A DNA stretch of 64,000 nt from an uncultured Candidatus Saccharibacteria bacterium (GTDB lineage: Bacteria; Patescibacteriota; Minisyncoccia; Phycocordibacterales; UBA2100). Shown in pieces: positions 28,859-38,402 of the stretch. The DNA is taken from positions 57,913 through 121,912 of the forward strand of contig CAYSUJ010000002.1 in the NCBI GenBank assembly GCA_964434285.1, written 5' to 3'. Under the pieces are notes generated by a model. It did no database searches and was not told the DNA's origin. It saw only the letters and a list, made by a program, of their open reading frames with translations. The position numbers were made by a program, and so were the translations under genes. Position 1 is the first letter of the stretch; each line of letters starts with the position of its first letter.

Positions 28859-31231
28859 TCATTGAGCGCTAAAGGTAGTGGTGTGCTCAACAGGTCCAAG
28901 AAGGCTGTCTGCAACCGCCCGGAGCGATTGGATTCCTGGTGTGCGCGGCTGCACTGCGATCACATATGGTGCCTGCGCCGATACCCCAACAAATTCACCG
29001 TTCAAATAATAGGTGACACTTCGGATCCCAAGGAGGGGATCGAATGAAACAGATGTATCGAAGGGTGTTGTAAAGGGAATTTGAGCTGCTGGCGCAGGTG
29101 ACGTAATGCGGAAGTTTACATTCTGTGCGCTTGTTGTTCCAGTGCCGAGTCCGTTTGCCCATGCGCTCGCAGCGTACTCCCAATAGGGGAACTGAGCATC
29201 GCTGAAATTTGGTGAACCACTACGCGGGGAATCCTTATTCACCCAGTAGAGGATATCGTGGAGTCCGAGTGAGGGGTTCGTGTTCCATTCGCCACGGAGG
29301 ACGGGTGGAAGGGTGGCTTCTTCAGGATCTGGTGCGGGAGGAGTGAATTCACCCGAACTATATTTTTCGATCGCCAAGGTCATAAATTCATTCCAGAGTG
29401 GCGCGATTACGAATGATGCGACGCGTCGCTCGAGAGGCGTATTGTCGTTGTTACCGCCCCATGCTCCGACGGAAATAGAGGGCGTGTAGCCAACAATCCA
29501 CACATCGCGATAGTCGTTTGTGGTGCCCGTTTTTGCCGCAACGTCGTGTCCGGGGAAGTGGAGCGGAGAGTTTGCGCCGAACGCAGGTGTGCGCGCATTG
29601 TTATCGGAGAGTACGTCGTTCACAAGTCGAGCCACCTGGGGGTCGAGCGCGCGGATCTCGTGTTTCTCGTAGGATTCAAGCACTTCTCCTTTGCTATCCT
29701 CCACACTCAAAACACCGGTACTCGCATTTCTGATTCCCTCATTCGCAAAAACACTATACGCGCTCGTGATGTCGAAAAGGGTCACTTCGCCACCTCCGAG
29801 TACGAGGGTGAGGCCGTAGCGATCCTGGTCTTCAAGCGTGGAGATACCCATATCGCGCGCAGTCTCAATTGATTCAGGTATACCCGCAAGATAGAGCGTC
29901 TTCACGGCAGGTATGTTTTGCGATTGTGCGAGTGCGTTGCGGAGCGTTATTGGGCCCTTAAAAGAGCCGTCGTAATTCCCAGGGCTGTAGCAGGGAGGTT
30001 CTGAATTGAGTACATCAGAAACGCTGCAGGCTGTTGAGAACTGGGTGGGGACATCAAAGACCACTGTCTCCGGGGTGTAGCCCTTTTCAAACGCCGTCGC
30101 GTAGACGAATGGCTTGAATGAGGAGCCTGGTTGGCGCTTAGCAAGGGCCACATTCACTTTTCCGTCAATGTCTTCGTCAAAATAGCCGCGGGATCCGACC
30201 ATGACAAGCACTTGACCTGTTTTGGGATCAACAGCGACAAGGCCTGCGTTTTCTGCATTAAAATTCTTCTCATTTTCGAGCGCGCGACGATTCACAATCT
30301 CTTCCGCCTTCAATTGGAGCTCCCAGTCAAGCGACGTGACGACACGGAGGCCACCTTGTGCAACAAGATCTGCGCCGTATTTTTCTTCGAGATATTCAAG
30401 GACATAGAAAACAAAATGTGGTGCCTTTATGCCAGAATCACTTTGTGGGCGGAAGGTAACCTGTTCAGCGCTCGCCGTCGTATATTCTTCATCGTTTATA
30501 TAGCCAAGGTCACGCATGCGGGAGAGCACGAGGTTCTTTCTACCCTCAAGCTCCTCGCGGCGGTTGCCGTAGGGAGAATAGCGTGTCGGTGCCTGGGGAA
30601 GAGCAGCGATGTATGCTGCCTCGGCAATTGTGACGTCCTTTGCTGGCTTGCCGAAGAAGTATTGCGTTGCCTCCTCGACGCCGTAAATCGTTCCTCCGTA
30701 CGAAGTTTCATTAAGATATATCGTCAGAATCTCGTCTTTGGTGGCGATGTGTTCAAGTTTCATCGCAAGCACAATCTCTTTCGCCTTGCGAATCAAAGTT
30801 TTGTCCTGTGTGAGAAGAGTGTTCTTCACTACCTGCTGCGTGATGGTCGAGCCACCTTGCCCTACGATGCCGGGGATGAGGCGAAGGTTCACGAGGACCG
30901 CGCGGAGGAAAGAGAGTGGGCGAAATCCTTTGTGCTGGTAGAAACTATCGTCTTCGATCGCGACCGATGCGTTGCGGATGTAAGGCGAAATAGCGTCAAG
31001 GGGTACTTCGGTGCGGCGCATGGTGCCGTGAACATCGTACAGAAGCACCTCACCCGTACGATCGTAAATTTTTGTGCTCTCACCAACAATGCGGTTCTCG
31101 ATGGTGTCTACCGCGGGGACGGATGCAAAAAATGCCCATGCAACAAACACGCCACCTGCAGCAATTGCAAGGAGGATACCAAAACGCATAGTATGATGCG
31201 CGACACGGCGATGTTTGCTATGTGTACTCAT
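28859..31231 (-). CDS. penicillin-binding protein 1A (bifunctional glycosyltransferase/transpeptidase) with C-terminal extension
   Basis: GT51 motifs (EDDSFYQHKGF, GGSTITQQ) and the transpeptidase SxxK region. N-terminal TM. 790 aa. Confidence 0.85.
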   Translation of the reverse strand: MSTHSKHRRVAHHTMRFGILLAIAAGGVFVAWAFFASVPAVDTIENRIVGESTKIYDRTGEVLLYDVHGTMRRTEVPLDAISPYIRNASVAIEDDSFYQHKGFRPLSFLRAVLVNLRLIPGIVGQGGSTITQQVVKNTLLTQDKTLIRKAKEIVLAMKLEHIATKDEILTIYLNETSYGGTIYGVEEATQYFFGKPAKDVTIAEAAYIAALPQAPTRYSPYGNRREELEGRKNLVLSRMRDLGYINDEEYTTASAEQVTFRPQSDSGIKAPHFVFYVLEYLEEKYGADLVAQGGLRVVTSLDWELQLKAEEIVNRRALENEKNFNAENAGLVAVDPKTGQVLVMVGSRGYFDEDIDGKVNVALAKRQPGSSFKPFVYATAFEKGYTPETVVFDVPTQFSTACSVSDVLNSEPPCYSPGNYDGSFKGPITLRNALAQSQNIPAVKTLYLAGIPESIETARDMGISTLEDQDRYGLTLVLGGGEVTLFDITSAYSVFANEGIRNASTGVLSVEDSKGEVLESYEKHEIRALDPQVARLVNDVLSDNNARTPAFGANSPLHFPGHDVAAKTGTTNDYRDVWIVGYTPSISVGAWGGNNDNTPLERRVASFVIAPLWNEFMTLAIEKYSSGEFTPPAPDPEEATLPPVLRGEWNTNPSLGLHDILYWVNKDSPRSGSPNFSDAQFPYWEYAASAWANGLGTGTTSAQNVNFRITSPAPAAQIPFTTPFDTSVSFDPLLGIRSVTYYLNGEFVGVSAQAPYVIAVQPRTPGIQSLRAVADSLLGPVEHTTTFSAQ

Positions 31232-31318
31232 ATGTTAGGAGCGCGCACGTATTAAAAGTCTACCGTGTCTCTCGCATTCTGCCCAGCTCAGCTCTAAGAC
31301 GCAGATGATGCTCGGACA

Positions 31319-31789
31319 TTACCGCGAGTGGGCGAGATGGGTGAGGCCGACGGCGATCGCATCGTATTCATCGTCGTGACGAATGGGTTTCTCAATCTTG
31401 AGAAGGATGTTGAGCATCGAAGCCACTTGTTTTTTGTCGGCGCGGCCACTGCCAGTGGTTGCACTTTTTATCTGTGCTGGGGTGTATTCAAAAGAGCGAA
31501 TGCCAGCGACAGTAGCTACCTGCATCAAGGCGCCACGAACTTCCGCCACCTGCATCGCGGTTTTCTGGTTTGAGTTGAAAAACAAACGCTCCATCGCAAG
31601 GGCGTCCGGCGCGTGCAGCCGAATCAAGCGCTCACACTCAGCAACCACTTGCGCCATGCGTTCGGTAAAGCCGTCTTTTGTGGAGGTTTCGATGCAATCT
31701 GAATAGAGCCACTGCTCTTTTCCATTATTCTTTTCAAGAATGGCAACACCGCAGCGTCCGTATCCGGGGTCGATGGCAATCACTTTCAT
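31319..31789 (-). CDS. ruvC: crossover junction endodeoxyribonuclease RuvC
   Basis: MKVIAIDPGYGRCGVAIL N-terminus and RuvC acidic residues. 156 aa. Confidence 0.9.
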   Translation of the reverse strand: MKVIAIDPGYGRCGVAILEKNNGKEQWLYSDCIETSTKDGFTERMAQVVAECERLIRLHAPDALAMERLFFNSNQKTAMQVAEVRGALMQVATVAGIRSFEYTPAQIKSATTGSGRADKKQVASMLNILLKIEKPIRHDDEYDAIAVGLTHLAHSR

Positions 31790-31801
31790 GTCCCAATCGT
31801 A

Positions 31802-32332
31802 TCACTCGGCATTCGTGTACACTTCCTGCACATCATCAAGAGCATCCATGAGCTCTAGCGCTTTCATAAGGATTTCGTCGTCTTCCGGGGAGAGTGGAAT
31901 GGGGGCAGTGGGGGTGTAGCCCTCGTCGCCTTTCGTGAACGCCCAGAGGGCGGCGCCGGGAGCCGCGAGTGCAATTGCATGTTTCGCGAATATTGCCTTC
32001 AGCCCCTGAAGTGTGCGGTTGGTGTTGTCGGTGACCGCTTCGATGATGATGGCGGCACCCCCAGGGCCGTATGCTTCGTAGACGACCTGCTCCATGGCGC
32101 TTGCGTCTGCCGAGGTGCCTTTGGCGACTGCGCGCTCGATAGTGTCTTTCGGCATGTTGGCTTTCTTTGCGGTTTCAATAATTGAGCGGAGCCCGGCAGA
32201 ATTCACGTCACCATTCGCTTTCTTACTCTCCACGGCAATGCGGCGCCCAAGCTTCCCCCACAAATTACTCTTCGCAGCATCCGCCGCGCCCTTCTGCCTC
32301 TTTATCTGCGCCCATTTATTATGTCCAGCCAT
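31802..32332 (-). CDS. yebC: YebC/PmpR family DNA-binding transcriptional regulator
   Basis: Canonical MAGHNKWAQIKRQK start. ORF track start is 32362; ATG 32332 is the likelier start. Confidence 0.85.
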   Translation of the reverse strand: MAGHNKWAQIKRQKGAADAAKSNLWGKLGRRIAVESKKANGDVNSAGLRSIIETAKKANMPKDTIERAVAKGTSADASAMEQVVYEAYGPGGAAIIIEAVTDNTNRTLQGLKAIFAKHAIALAAPGAALWAFTKGDEGYTPTAPIPLSPEDDEILMKALELMDALDDVQEVYTNAE

Positions 32333-32358
32333 GACGACGTTGTATCGCAGAACGCACC

Positions 32359-33375
32359 TCAAATCAATTTTGGTTGATCCATTTTTGGCATTTCTGCCCC
32401 CAGGTGCGCATATCCTTTCTCTGTGGCCACACGCCCGCGTGGAGTTCGCTCCAGAAGACCAAGTTGCATAAGGTAGGGCTCGTGGACCTCTTCGATCGTC
32501 GCTTCTTCTTCTGAGAGCGCGGCGGAGATGGTTTTGAGGCCGACGGGACCGCCTTTGAATTTGTCGATGAGGATTCCCAGAATGTCTCGGTCTATTTGAT
32601 TCAGGCCGAGTTCGTCCACTTCTAGAAGCGCGAGTGCTTTTTTCACCGTCTTTAGATCGAGCATCTCGTCGCTCACCTGTGCGAAGTCGCGACAGCGCTT
32701 CAAGAGATAGTTCGCGGTGCGGGGTGTTGCGCGGGAGCGGCGGGAGATTTCTTTCACCGAATCATCATCGACGGCGATCTCGAGAATTTTTGCTGAGCGA
32801 TGGAGGATGGTGCCAATCTCCGCCTCGGTGTAGTAGGTGAGGCGGAACGTGCCGCCGGAAAAGCGTGAGCGAAGCGGTGAGGAGAGCATCGAGATGCGTG
32901 TGGTTGCTGCGATGAGGGTGAATGGCGGGAGCTCGAGTTGCACGGTGCGCGCCGAAGGACCCTTGCCGATCACGATATCGAGGACGCCGGACTCCATAGC
33001 GGGGTACAGAATCTCTTCAATCGTGCGATTGAGGCGGTGAATTTCGTCGATGAAGAGCACATCACCCGGTGAGAGGTTGGTGAGAATGGAGGCGAGATCG
33101 CCTACGCGCTCTATTGCGGGGCCCGAGGTGGAGCGAAGGGAGGAGCCGATCTCTTTCGTTATCAAATGGGCGAGCGTCGTCTTCCCGAGACCGGGCGGAC
33201 CATACAAAAGAATGTGTTCCGGTTGCTGAGATCGACCCTTGGCAGCGGCGAGGAGGATGCGAAGGTTCTCCTTGATGGTGGCTTGTCCTACATATTCGTC
33301 CCAAATGCCAGGGCGGAGTGCCTGGTCGAGCGAGCGAGCGGACTTACCTATAGTTTCTTGGGTTTTTTGGGACAT
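32359..33375 (-). CDS. ruvB: Holliday junction branch migration ATPase RuvB
   Basis: Walker A GPPGLGKTTLA, Walker B VLFIDEIHRL, sensor region. Start moved to MSQKTQET (ATG at 33375). ORF track start is 33468. Confidence 0.9.
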   Translation of the reverse strand: MSQKTQETIGKSARSLDQALRPGIWDEYVGQATIKENLRILLAAAKGRSQQPEHILLYGPPGLGKTTLAHLITKEIGSSLRSTSGPAIERVGDLASILTNLSPGDVLFIDEIHRLNRTIEEILYPAMESGVLDIVIGKGPSARTVQLELPPFTLIAATTRISMLSSPLRSRFSGGTFRLTYYTEAEIGTILHRSAKILEIAVDDDSVKEISRRSRATPRTANYLLKRCRDFAQVSDEMLDLKTVKKALALLEVDELGLNQIDRDILGILIDKFKGGPVGLKTISAALSEEEATIEEVHEPYLMQLGLLERTPRGRVATEKGYAHLGAEMPKMDQPKLI

Positions 33376-33376
33376 A

Positions 33377-33405
33377 TTGACAACAGCACCCTGACATGCT
33401 ACACT
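33377..33405 (+). promoter_or_regulatory. sigma70-like promoter candidate: TTGACA, 17-nt spacer, TACACT, reading rightward into the ruvB-pilB gap
   Basis: Hexamers and spacing read directly from the sequence. A hairpin plus T6 (tggcgttaccgcgccatttttt) follows about 12 nt downstream. Confidence 0.3.
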
Positions 33406-33688
33406 AGCTGACAGAAGTGGCGTTACCGCGCCATTTTTTGTTTGCCACGAAGGCACAACAAAACTCAATCAGGGGCGCAGATCTCCGAGCATACCAGGAC
33501 TCCTTCAAGGATGAGGCGGTGCCCGCTTTATGCGGATCCACTACCTCTTTCCTCAGACTTTGTCCGACTTTCGATGTTCTATTGAAAGCATGCTCGGAGA
33601 TGTGCGACTCTCACGAGAATTTCTACAGAAACGATAGCATCGAAACGCGAATACACAACATATTTTTCGTGTCGTGATGTACACGATA

Positions 33689-33761
33689 CAAAAAACACCG
33701 ACGCAAGCCCGCACACTAATGTAAAAACAAACATTAGTGTGCGGGCAAGTCGGTGTTTTTT
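33689..33761. terminator. strong bidirectional intrinsic terminator: 15-bp perfect stem gcccgcacactaatg / cattagtgtgcgggc, flanked by an A-run and a T-run
   Basis: The sequence caaaaaacaccgac...gtcggtgtttttt is itself palindromic. It lies downstream of pilB on the minus strand. Confidence 0.7.
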
Positions 33762-33880
33762 GTGATTGTTCGGGCAAAATATGTTCTGAGGGTCTCTCGC
33801 AGGTCGACGGGCCGAGAGTGAGCGCTGGCAGAGCACTGCCAGACAGCGACCCGAAGAACATATTTTGACTGAACAAACCT

Positions 33881-35593
33881 TTATGAAATTGTTTCGAGCA
33901 TCACTTCGTCGTGAAGATCGACGACGCGGCCAAGTTCATCGAGTGATGTGACGCCTTGTAAGACTTTCACCGCGCCGTCTTGTGCCATGCGGCGGATTTG
34001 TTGGGGTTTTGCCGCGCGCCAGATCTCGCGTTCGCTCGTTGTGGTGCGGATCACCGCTTCTACTGCTTTGTCCATGAGAATAACTTCAACAACACCAACG
34101 CGGCCTTTGTAGCCGATGCCGCCACACTTTTCGCAACCCTTGGCGACCCATGATGTATCGCGCTTTTCCGGTACACCCTCCGGGTGGGGGATGTGTGCGA
34201 GGAGGAGTTCCATCGTGTGTGCGTCTTCTGGCGAGAGCGGTGTTTCCACACGGCAGTGTTCGCAGAGTTTGCGCACGAGGCGTTGTGCCATCGAAACGGT
34301 GAGAGCGGCGCCGAGAATATCAGCGTGCATGCCCATGTCGATGAGGCGGGGGAAGGTACCCGCGGCGTCGTTCGTGTGAAGCGTCGAGAACACCAAGTGA
34401 CCGGTGAGCGAGGCATTCACGGCAGTGGAGGCCACTTCTGCATCGCGGATCTCGCCAACCATGATGATGTCGGGGTCCTGGCGGAGTGTGGAGCGCAAGC
34501 CCGAAGCGAAGGTGTAGTCTTTCGAGACTTGCGTCTGCACGACGCCAGGAAGGTGATATTCGATCGGGTCTTCGATTGTCACCACTTTGATTTCAGGGTT
34601 CGAGACTTGTTTCAGGAATGCGTAGAGTGTTGTTGTTTTACCGCTACCAGTCGGGCCGGTGTTGAGAATCATGCCGTTTGGCTTCGCAATTTCCTTATTG
34701 AAAATCTCCATCAGATACGAATCGAAGCCGAGCTTCTCCATCGGGAGTGCGATTGTGGATGGATCGAGAATACGCATCACGATGGTTTCTGCATAGGCGC
34801 CCGGAAGCACCGAGGCACGGATTTCTATCTCTTTTTCGTTGACCTGAATGGAGAAGCGGCCGTCTTGTGCGGCGTTTTTCACGTTGAGCTTGAGTCCGGA
34901 GAGGAGTTTGAGGCGAGACGAGAGAAGATTGTAGGTAGGGCCGTCGAATATGGTTACTTCAATGAGGACGCCGTCGAGGCGATAGCGCATGCGCACACCG
35001 GTTTCCTCCGGCTCGAGGTGCACGTCGGATGCTCCGAGTGCGAGTGCTCCAGCCATGATGACTTCCAAGACGCGTGAGATGCGATGGGTGTCTTTACTTC
35101 CTGCTAGATTTTGAATTTCTACCTTCACATCTGCAAGCGTCTTTATTTCCGCCAGCATGCGCTGGATGGTTTCGTTGGAGAGTGTGAGGAGGCCGGCCTC
35201 TGTTTCGGTTGCAAATGAGATGTCGTGGTAGCGGTCCCATGCGTGATCAAGCGAGGCGCGAGAAACGATAAAGCGGCGCACCTCAAACCCGAGGCGCTCA
35301 ACATTTTGTATGGTGCGCACCGTGTCGTCGCGCTCGGGGGAGCGAGCGGCGATCCAGATTTTTTTATTCAGCTTATGAAAAGCGGCCACTTCGGTTTCGC
35401 GCGCGTCTTTTTCAGGGATCAGGCGGAGTGCATCGGTATCAATAGACTTTTTAGTGAGATCCACATACTCGACGCCGTATTTACCCGCAAGCATTTCTGC
35501 AAGCTGCTCTTCCTCGCGTCGATGCAGCTCCTCCAAGCGCTCTTCCTGCTTATGCTCATTGAATTGGGCTCCCATGCGTATATAGTAGCGCAC
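33881..35593 (-). CDS. pilB: type IV pilus / type II secretion assembly ATPase PilB/GspE family
   Basis: Walker A GPTGSGKTTT, Asp box, Walker B IIMVGEIRD, His box, and a tetracysteine motif CEHC...CEKC. 570 aa. Confidence 0.85.
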   Translation of the reverse strand: MRYYIRMGAQFNEHKQEERLEELHRREEEQLAEMLAGKYGVEYVDLTKKSIDTDALRLIPEKDARETEVAAFHKLNKKIWIAARSPERDDTVRTIQNVERLGFEVRRFIVSRASLDHAWDRYHDISFATETEAGLLTLSNETIQRMLAEIKTLADVKVEIQNLAGSKDTHRISRVLEVIMAGALALGASDVHLEPEETGVRMRYRLDGVLIEVTIFDGPTYNLLSSRLKLLSGLKLNVKNAAQDGRFSIQVNEKEIEIRASVLPGAYAETIVMRILDPSTIALPMEKLGFDSYLMEIFNKEIAKPNGMILNTGPTGSGKTTTLYAFLKQVSNPEIKVVTIEDPIEYHLPGVVQTQVSKDYTFASGLRSTLRQDPDIIMVGEIRDAEVASTAVNASLTGHLVFSTLHTNDAAGTFPRLIDMGMHADILGAALTVSMAQRLVRKLCEHCRVETPLSPEDAHTMELLLAHIPHPEGVPEKRDTSWVAKGCEKCGGIGYKGRVGVVEVILMDKAVEAVIRTTTSEREIWRAAKPQQIRRMAQDGAVKVLQGVTSLDELGRVVDLHDEVMLETIS

Positions 35594-35595
35594 GT

Positions 35596-36057
35596 ATGGG
35601 TATGCATCTCAAAAACCTCGAAGACGTGCGGACAGAGGCGGCGCGATTCGCCTCTTCGTGCGTACCAGGCGCAGGCGCGACGGTCGTCACGCTTTCGGGT
35701 GAGCTTGGTGCCGGGAAGACGACGTTTATGCAGGGAATCGCGCGAGCGCTCGGCGTGGAAGAGGCGGTGACGAGCCCGACGTTTGTCATTATGAAGATCT
35801 ATGACCTCGTAGATCAGCCATTCAAGCGGCTTGTGCACATGGATGCGTATCGCCTGAAGGGTAAGGAGCATTTGCGGGTGTTGGGGTGGGATGCCCTTAT
35901 TGCGGATCCGGCAAATCTTATCTGTATTGAGTGGCCAGAAAAAATCGAGGGTGCGATTCCTGAAGATGCGATACGCATCACACTTCGGTATAGTGGTGAG
36001 GGGCGAGAGATTATCTATGGCACAGAAAAAAACGACACAACGACTCCTCATACTTGA
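35596..36057 (+). CDS. tsaE: tRNA threonylcarbamoyladenosine biosynthesis protein TsaE
   Basis: P-loop LSGELGAGKTTFMQGIARAL and SPTFVIMKIY, typical of YjeE/TsaE. 153 aa. Confidence 0.8.
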   Translation: MGMHLKNLEDVRTEAARFASSCVPGAGATVVTLSGELGAGKTTFMQGIARALGVEEAVTSPTFVIMKIYDLVDQPFKRLVHMDAYRLKGKEHLRVLGWDALIADPANLICIEWPEKIEGAIPEDAIRITLRYSGEGREIIYGTEKNDTTTPHT

Positions 36058-38401
36058 TTCGCACGCGATACTGCACCGTGCGTTCCATGCGATTCCAGAT
36101 TTTGCCACCTCAAAAGGTGAGCCGACAGGCGCTCTCTATGGGCTCATTACGATGCTTCTCAAGTCGATCTATGATTTCAGTCCTGATTACATTGTGGCTG
36201 CGCGGGATCTCCCGGGCGGCACGTTTCGCGACGAACTCTTTGCGGACTACAAGGGTAAGCGCGCAGAAATTGACGAAGGACTCGTCTCTCAATTATCAAA
36301 AGCTCCGGCGCTCCTCGAGGCGTTCGGTATTCCTGTCTATTCCGCCGAGGGGTTTGAAGCAGATGATGTGATTGGGACGATTGTGGAAAAATTGAAGAAG
36401 AAAGATGTGGAGATCATCATCGCGACGGGAGACGCCGACATGTTTCAGCTCGTGGAGGAGAAGAAGGTGCGCGTGTTTCACTTGCGGCAAGGTATCAATG
36501 ACTTAGTGCTCTACGACGATGAGCGCGTGCGTGAGCGCTATGGCTTTGGCGCGGAGCACGTCATTGATTACAAGGGAATTCGCGGAGACACGTCGGACAA
36601 CATCCCTGGCGTGCCGGGTGTTGGTGAGGGAAGTGCGACGAAACTGATTAATATATTCGGTTCACTTGAAGAGCTGTATGCAGCGATAAAGGAAGATGGC
36701 GTTGAGGATGTTGCGAAAGAGGCGGGAGTGCAGAAGCGCTACGTGCAGCTCGTTGCCGACAATAAGAAGCAGGCACTCTTCTCGCGCGAGCTTGCCACAA
36801 TCAGTCGAAAAGCGCCGATACCGTTTGCGCTGCCAGACAAAGAATGGAACGTGATTGATCACATAGCCTCTATCGATGCTGTGTGCGACACGTATGAATT
36901 TCGCTCCATCAAAGAGCGCTTGCATAGCAAGGTGAAGACACTGGGCGCGGCGGATGTTGTGAATGAAGAAGTCGTGGAGGAGGAAGTGCTCGATGGGCGT
37001 GTTGTTAAAGAGGTGGCAATCATGCTGTGGTTACTGAATTCTGAGATGGGAAGCGCCACTCTGCAGGAGATACTCGATTATTCGGGAAAGAAAACGTTTG
37101 CCGAGGCGCGCGCGGTTATTGAAAAGAAATTGCGCGAGACGGGGCGCTTGCAGGAAGTTTTTGATGAAATAGAACAGCCACTCATTCGCGTTGTTGGGGA
37201 GATGAATGCGCGCGGTGTGTGTATCGACAAGAAGAATCTCCAAGGGCTTGAGAAGGAGTACCGTACGTCACTCGGTGAAATTGCGGGACGCATCTTCCAG
37301 CATGCGGGGCGTGAGTTCAATATCAATTCCCCTCGCCAGCTCGCCGTTGTCATCTATGATGAACTCAAGCTTGAGCCCGAGAAGCAGAAAAAAACGGCAA
37401 CAGGTCAGCGTACGACAAAAGAGGAGGAGCTCGCAAAACTTTCTGATCAGCATCCGATCATTGAAGACATTCTCCAATTTCGTGAGTTGCAGAAGTTGCT
37501 TTCGACCTACATCGAGAAGATGTTGGAATTGATTGCGCCCGACGGACGATTGCGTGCCGAATTTTTACAAAACAGCACGGTGACCGGGCGCATGGGATGC
37601 AAGGATCCGAATCTTCAGAACATTCCCATACGCACGGAATACGGTCGTCGTATTAGAAGCGCGTTTATTGCTCCTGAAGGAAAGACACTGATCGCGCTTG
37701 ATTATTCGCAGATCGAACTCCGTATAGCGGCGGGGCTTTCGGGGGATACAAAACTCATTACGGTGTTTCAAGAAAAACACGACATTCATACCGCGGTTGC
37801 CGCGAATGTGTTTAACGTTGTGCCGGCAGATGTCGATAAAGAGATGCGCCATCGAGCAAAGATCATCAACTTTGGCATTCTCTATGGCATGGGGGCGAAT
37901 GCGCTCCGGCAGAATCTGGGTGGAAGTGTGACGCGCGATGAGGCGGCGCTTTATCTTGAAAACTATTTTGCGCAGTACCCCGGGCTCTCGGCGTGGGTCG
38001 AGAGTATTAAGAACTCTGCAAAAGAGAAGGGATATGTCGAAACATTCTTCGGGCGTCGTCGGTATCTCCCTGGTTTTAAGTCAGCAATCCCGATGCTCCG
38101 CGCGCAGGCTGAGCGCTTTGCGGTGAATGCGCCCATCCAGGGGACTCAGGCGGACATCATTAAGCTTGCGATGGTGCGTGCTGACAAGCTCATTGAAAAG
38201 AAAGGCTGGCGAGATCGCGTGGGGCTTCTCCTCCAGGTGCATGACGAACTCGTGTATGAAGTTGACGATGAGTTGGTCGAAGAAGTCGGCACCGCCATTA
38301 AGGATGTGATGGAGTCGGCTCTCCCGAAGGGCTCTCTCGGTGGTGTTCCTATTATTGCGGAGATGGCGCGGGGCACGAACTGGGGCGATATGCAGAAATA
38401 G
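36017..38401 (+). CDS. polA: DNA polymerase I (5'-3' exonuclease + polymerase; short form)
   Basis: 5'-nuclease N-terminus (LLILDSHAILHRAFHA) and polymerase motifs A/B/C (DYSQIELRI, KIINFGILYGM, QVHDELVYE). Start at MAQKK (36017) overlaps the tsaE 3' end by 41 nt. ORF track start is 35891. Confidence 0.85.
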   Translation: MAQKKTTQRLLILDSHAILHRAFHAIPDFATSKGEPTGALYGLITMLLKSIYDFSPDYIVAARDLPGGTFRDELFADYKGKRAEIDEGLVSQLSKAPALLEAFGIPVYSAEGFEADDVIGTIVEKLKKKDVEIIIATGDADMFQLVEEKKVRVFHLRQGINDLVLYDDERVRERYGFGAEHVIDYKGIRGDTSDNIPGVPGVGEGSATKLINIFGSLEELYAAIKEDGVEDVAKEAGVQKRYVQLVADNKKQALFSRELATISRKAPIPFALPDKEWNVIDHIASIDAVCDTYEFRSIKERLHSKVKTLGAADVVNEEVVEEEVLDGRVVKEVAIMLWLLNSEMGSATLQEILDYSGKKTFAEARAVIEKKLRETGRLQEVFDEIEQPLIRVVGEMNARGVCIDKKNLQGLEKEYRTSLGEIAGRIFQHAGREFNINSPRQLAVVIYDELKLEPEKQKKTATGQRTTKEEELAKLSDQHPIIEDILQFRELQKLLSTYIEKMLELIAPDGRLRAEFLQNSTVTGRMGCKDPNLQNIPIRTEYGRRIRSAFIAPEGKTLIALDYSQIELRIAAGLSGDTKLITVFQEKHDIHTAVAANVFNVVPADVDKEMRHRAKIINFGILYGMGANALRQNLGGSVTRDEAALYLENYFAQYPGLSAWVESIKNSAKEKGYVETFFGRRRYLPGFKSAIPMLRAQAERFAVNAPIQGTQADIIKLAMVRADKLIEKKGWRDRVGLLLQVHDELVYEVDDELVEEVGTAIKDVMESALPKGSLGGVPIIAEMARGTNWGDMQK

Positions 38402-38402
38402 T

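Noticed and set aside
30131-31255. 374-aa plus-strand ORF across the PBP1A locus
   Set aside because: It is entirely antisense to the well-supported PBP1A gene and has no motifs. Long antisense ORFs are expected in GC-rich coding DNA.
33417-33677. 86-aa plus-strand ORF in the ruvB-pilB gap
   Set aside because: No RBS, odd composition, and the region is dominated by RNA-like helices. It is better explained as non-coding (see the structured-RNA finding).
34184-35077. 297-aa plus-strand ORF inside pilB
   Set aside because: Antisense to pilB and His/Cys-rich low-complexity translation. Spurious.
36054-36371. 105-aa plus-strand ORF in another frame inside polA
   Set aside because: Wholly embedded out of frame in the polA 5'-nuclease domain region. 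Spurious.
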